From NCBI GenBank assembly GCA_001773695.1, contig MEXN01000001.1, positions 41,903-105,902 on the forward strand: 64,000 bases of DNA, written 5' to 3'. This document shows positions 60,733-64,000 of the stretch, in pieces (the stretch's first letter is position 1; the number at the start of each line of letters is the position of its first letter). The DNA is from Candidatus Amesbacteria bacterium RIFCSPLOWO2_01_FULL_48_25. GTDB taxonomy: Bacteria; Patescibacteriota; Microgenomatia; CAZETR01; Amesbacteraceae. The notes beneath the pieces were generated by a model, which worked only from the letters and a program-made list of their open reading frames with translations, was not told the DNA's origin and did no database searches. Position numbers and translations under genes: made by a program.

Positions 60733-61369
60733 TCTTCTTCAATATCTTCAGCGCTTCTACCAAATAGTGATGAATTTCACTGTGTACTCCCTCCACATAT
60801 CCATAATGATCAACCGGTACCAAAACTGGCACGTCCACTATTTTCAGCATTTTTCCCCCGGAAAATCCCAACAATCCCGCCGTCGTCGCCCCAACCTCGT
60901 TGGCATATTCGATCGCCTTCACCACATTCATACTATTTCCACTCCCGGAAATTCCCACTACCACGTCTCCCTTTTTTACAAAATTTTTCAACTGTTCCAC
61001 AAAAATATCTTCATAAGACAGATCATTTCCCAACGCCGTCATCCATGCCACGTTGTCAGTCAGCGCCACCGTCTTAAATCTCCTTTTACTATTACTATTT
61101 ACTATTACTGTGTTCTTACCTATATCAGCGGCCAAATGGGTAGCGGTACTCGCACTCCCCCCATTACCCATAAAAAATATCGTCTTGTCAGATTTGTATG
61201 CTTTCCAAATCACATTCACCATCTTCTCCATTTGCTTATAATCCAGCTTGTCCAACACTCCCCTCAGCTCTCTAAAATACTCTTCAGAAAATCCCAACTT
61301 TTGATTTTTGAGTAGTGTTTTTGCTCGCATGCGAAGATGTTTTTGACTTTTAATTCTTGACTTGGTCAT
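60716..61369 (-). CDS. gmhA: Phosphoheptose isomerase (SIS domain, GmhA-like)
   Basis: IFFMGNGGSASTATHLAADI SIS motif. In-frame insert (NSNSKRRFKT) from a TACTATT repeat. Confidence 0.78.
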   Translation of the reverse strand: MTKSRIKSQKHLRMRAKTLLKNQKLGFSEEYFRELRGVLDKLDYKQMEKMVNVIWKAYKSDKTIFFMGNGGSASTATHLAADIGKNTVIVNSNSKRRFKTVALTDNVAWMTALGNDLSYEDIFVEQLKNFVKKGDVVVGISGSGNSMNVVKAIEYANEVGATTAGLLGFSGGKMLKIVDVPVLVPVDHYGYVEGVHSEIHHYLVEALKILKKNENLH

Positions 61370-62343
61370 CGGTTAATGTTGAATATAACCTTACTTCCGT
61401 CTTTTGCCAAGCCCACCGGCATTTCCCGAAGGCCATTCATAGCCCTTCGGACCGAGTCCCGCTTACTAGTGGGGACAAATAAAGTCATAAATCCCCCACC
61501 CCCCGCTCCAGAAATCTTCCCCCCAAACGCCCCGGCCTTTTTAGCCGCCGCATACATCTTATCAATCTCACTATCAGTAATTTTACTAGCCAACGTCTTT
61601 TTCAGTTTCCATCCCTCATCAAGTAGCTTACCCAGCTGGGCAATTTTTCCATTCTGTAAAAGCCTCCTCCCGGCTCTAGCCTGCTGGGCCATCTCGGACA
61701 AAACCTCATTCTTTTTATCGATGTTTTCCTTCTGTTCTTTCAAAACTACGTCGGCCTTCCTAGTCTTGCCGGTAAAAAATATCATCATGGACGATTCCAG
61801 GTCGGCCCTCAACTCTTCCGGTAGGCCCAACGGTTCTACCGATACGACGCCGTCTTTGCGAAACTCTATAAAATCCACTCCCCCATACGCCGCAATATAT
61901 TGATCCTGCACCCCTATCGGCTTACCCAAAATCTCAATCTCAATTTCACACGCCTCCCGGGCTAACCTCTCCGCTTCTATCGCCCGCCCGGTATATTGAT
62001 ACAGCGCGTTCAGAACCCCCACCGTCACGCTCGAAGACGACCCCAATCCCGTCCCGGCCGCCGGCACGTCAGACAAAAACGTTATCTCCACCCCCCGGTC
62101 TACCCCCGTCCTCTTCATCGCCTCCCGCACCAGTTCGTGTTCCAGCATATCTACTTTCTCCACCCACTCTTTTTTGGAATACCCGACAACAATCATCTCA
62201 TCAAATCTTTTCTGGACTATGCAATACACATACTTATCAATTGCCGTCGTCAACACGCACCCGCCATGCTCCCGATAAAACTGGAGAAAGTCCGTCCCCC
62301 CTCCCAAAAAACTTATCCGCAGCGGCGTCTGCGTAATAATCAT
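61366..62343 (-). CDS. hddA: GHMP kinase, D-glycero-D-manno-heptose 7-phosphate kinase-like (HddA)
   Basis: PLRISFLGGGTDF N-terminus and PAAGTGLGSSSS GHMP motif. It is adjacent to gmhA. Confidence 0.72.
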   Translation of the reverse strand: MIITQTPLRISFLGGGTDFLQFYREHGGCVLTTAIDKYVYCIVQKRFDEMIVVGYSKKEWVEKVDMLEHELVREAMKRTGVDRGVEITFLSDVPAAGTGLGSSSSVTVGVLNALYQYTGRAIEAERLAREACEIEIEILGKPIGVQDQYIAAYGGVDFIEFRKDGVVSVEPLGLPEELRADLESSMMIFFTGKTRKADVVLKEQKENIDKKNEVLSEMAQQARAGRRLLQNGKIAQLGKLLDEGWKLKKTLASKITDSEIDKMYAAAKKAGAFGGKISGAGGGGFMTLFVPTSKRDSVRRAMNGLREMPVGLAKDGSKVIFNINR

Positions 62344-62678
62344 AAAAATTTCAAAATTTTAAATCTTATTATTTTCACCAGAGTATCTCGTTCCACTTTT
62401 CTCCCATAATAATCGCTGTAAGCTCTATACATATCAGGATATTGTTCATGTCCCATAAAATCGTTGTCATTCTCACGAATTTGCCCAAACAATTTTTCCT
62501 TCACATTTACTAATTCAGCTTCAGCGAATGGCAGCATTTCCGGCTTTTTAATAAATATCACCACGTCGCCCACCTGAAAATCTTTATCGTCCCACAATCT
62601 CCACGTTGCGGTTTTTTCTCCGGAAATAATCAGAGGTACTAATTGGGAACTAAATTTGATGGTTTTCCCACCGTTCAT
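62340..62678 (-). CDS. ASCH-domain protein
   Basis: LIISGEKTATWRL matches the ASCH beta-barrel N-terminal motif. Confidence 0.55.
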   Translation of the reverse strand: MNGGKTIKFSSQLVPLIISGEKTATWRLWDDKDFQVGDVVIFIKKPEMLPFAEAELVNVKEKLFGQIRENDNDFMGHEQYPDMYRAYSDYYGRKVERDTLVKIIRFKILKFL

Positions 62679-62685
62679 GCGCCGA

Positions 62686-63105
62686 TTATACCCCAGTCAC
62701 CAGATCAAACCCCCGTTTTCTATAAAAACTGTCAAAGCTAAAAATCTCCTTTGTGTCGTGTCTATCCGCGACTGCTGCTACTATGCAATCGAAGACGGTA
62801 TTTTTTTTGGTTCCTAAAGAGTTAAAGTAATTTCTGACCGCTCGTTCCAAATCGCGGCGTTCAATCTCATATACTAAAACGTGTGGATAAAAAAATGAAC
62901 TCATCACCGCTTGCGATAATCTCCCATTACCCAGTACTCTCTGAATAAACGCTCCAGCTTCGACGATCGCCGTGATTGGATATACCAACTTTGCTTCTCT
63001 TAAACTCAGCTTTTTAGCAATCTCAACAGCCTTAATGTGATTGGGGTCATCGACACACGTCTGAGCCACAATCGCATCCGCATCCACAACTACCACATTC
63101 TTCAT
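62686..63105 (-). CDS. vapC: PIN-domain toxin (VapC)
   Basis: VVVDADAIVA with N-terminal Asp, plus FDCIVAAVA and FSFD acidic residues. Confidence 0.7.
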   Translation of the reverse strand: MKNVVVVDADAIVAQTCVDDPNHIKAVEIAKKLSLREAKLVYPITAIVEAGAFIQRVLGNGRLSQAVMSSFFYPHVLVYEIERRDLERAVRNYFNSLGTKKNTVFDCIVAAVADRHDTKEIFSFDSFYRKRGFDLVTGV

Positions 63106-63106
63106 C

Positions 63107-63367
63107 TTATATTTCCCATTTATCCCACAAATATTTATCCATGTTCCCAGATCCGTCTCTAGGACCTTTCAACCTATACTTCTTGCCCAACTCAGTCAAT
63201 TTAAATAACACATCGATGGAAGCTTTCCTGCCAATGTCGTCAGTTTCTACGATACCCCTCTCTATCGCATCACGAATCACTTTCGCCTTGCTCGTTTTTC
63301 TAGCCGCAACTGCCCTATCGATCTTCTCCTCCAACTCCTCCGGCAAATACACATAAGTTCTCAGCAT
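63107..63367 (-). CDS. vapB: Antitoxin, ribbon-helix-helix (VapB/CopG-like)
   Basis: TYVYLPEELEEKIDRAVAARKTSKAKVIRDAIERGI is an RHH pattern, immediately upstream of the PIN gene. Confidence 0.6.
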   Translation of the reverse strand: MLRTYVYLPEELEEKIDRAVAARKTSKAKVIRDAIERGIVETDDIGRKASIDVLFKLTELGKKYRLKGPRDGSGNMDKYLWDKWEI

Positions 63368-63398
63368 AAAACTATCCTATCATGTGATATCACATGTG

Positions 63399-63626
63399 TC
63401 AATACCTAAATTCAATCTCTCCTATTTCTTGCCCATTCTTAATCAACTTTGCCAACTGATAAACAATTCCCCCGCGCTTTACCGGGGTTAATAACTCTCC
63501 GACAGTAATCCCCTGAACCGCATAATGTTTATATATTTCCCTTGGATTATCTGGAGCAACTGCAACTACGTGAACATTTGGGGACTTGTCAAAAGTAGTT
63601 GTCACTATTCTCGGCCTTTCAGCCAT
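63399..63626 (-). CDS. Hypothetical protein (75 aa)
   Basis: Gene-like composition; no motif. Confidence 0.3.
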   Translation of the reverse strand: MAERPRIVTTTFDKSPNVHVVAVAPDNPREIYKHYAVQGITVGELLTPVKRGGIVYQLAKLIKNGQEIGEIEFRY

Positions 63627-63761
63627 GTCCTCATCTTAGCGCGTATAATTTCCTCATGTCAAAAACAACCACCCACCTAAAACAAATCCTCCAATTCACC
63701 CACCTGCTATACCAAACCAATCTTCTCGAATCCGAAGGACTAAAAATGATTAGGCCAAATC

Positions 63762-63965
63762 CTAAACCACCTGAAACCTCTTGACGCTTTTCCCATCAAT
63801 TTCTACCCCTTCCAAAAAATTCTCCAGTGTTCTCACCCACAAAATCCCCTTGCCATACAACGCTCTATATCCCACGCACACTTCTTCCGAATTTTCCAAT
63901 ACCCCCACGAACTCCACCACATAATACTTTTCCGGATGTTTGTAGTGGTAATACATCCCTCCCAC
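63762..63965 (-). CDS. DUF1653-like small protein
   Basis: YYHYKHPEKYYVVEFVGVLENSEE...ALYGKGILWVRTLENF matches the DUF1653 pattern. Confidence 0.5.
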   Translation of the reverse strand: MGGMYYHYKHPEKYYVVEFVGVLENSEEVCVGYRALYGKGILWVRTLENFLEGVEIDGKSVKRFQVV

Positions 63966-64000
63966 TTTTACCTCCCCCAGGGCTACCTCAACCCCTTTTT

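Overview
Calls rest on motifs read by eye from the ORF translations and my own translation of a few unlisted frames; nothing was searched or computed. The window is a gene-dense stretch (about 60 protein genes, roughly 80% on the minus strand) that translates cleanly under the standard genetic code. It appears to come from a small-genome, host-associated bacterium, plausibly Patescibacteria/CPR-like; the taxonomic call is inference only. Supporting it are the unusual rRNA organisation described under findings (16S unlinked from tRNA-Ala-23S-5S; a LAGLIDADG group I intron in the 23S).

The housekeeping core includes ddl/murF, rho, radA, an S1-domain protein, pyrG, trxA/trxB, pth, pcm, an ATP-dependent DNA ligase, recF, mutM, ftsH, trpS, a 5'-3' exonuclease, a GT4 glycosyltransferase, gmhA-hddA heptose genes, a PduO-type adenosyltransferase, a Ham1 NTPase and NnrD. 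Interleaved with it is a large accessory load:
- four toxin-antitoxin pairs (RelE/ParE-RHH, Phd-RelE, two PIN-based pairs);
- two Fic genes;
- a thermonuclease;
- a VirB4/TraG-like membrane ATPase;
- a tyrosine recombinase flanked by tRNA genes;
- a homing-endonuclease-like gene inserted next to a duplicated tRNA-Met 5' end;
- a sortase with an adjacent candidate substrate;
- a 663-aa orphan protein in a GC-elevated segment.

The most interesting non-genic signals are:
- two copies of a ~75-nt GC-rich element with a conserved core and compensatory outer stems, sitting in the 5' leaders of a Fic gene and of the VirB4/TraG-like ATPase;
- an ORF-free, GC-rich ~300-nt segment with its own promoter that looks like an unidentified structured RNA;
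- triplicated remnants of the spoU 3' end that delimit inserted cassettes;
- ~30-bp direct repeats exactly flanking the second Fic gene;
- degenerate 7-8-nt tandem repeats inserted in frame into many conserved genes.

No CRISPR array or cas genes are present.
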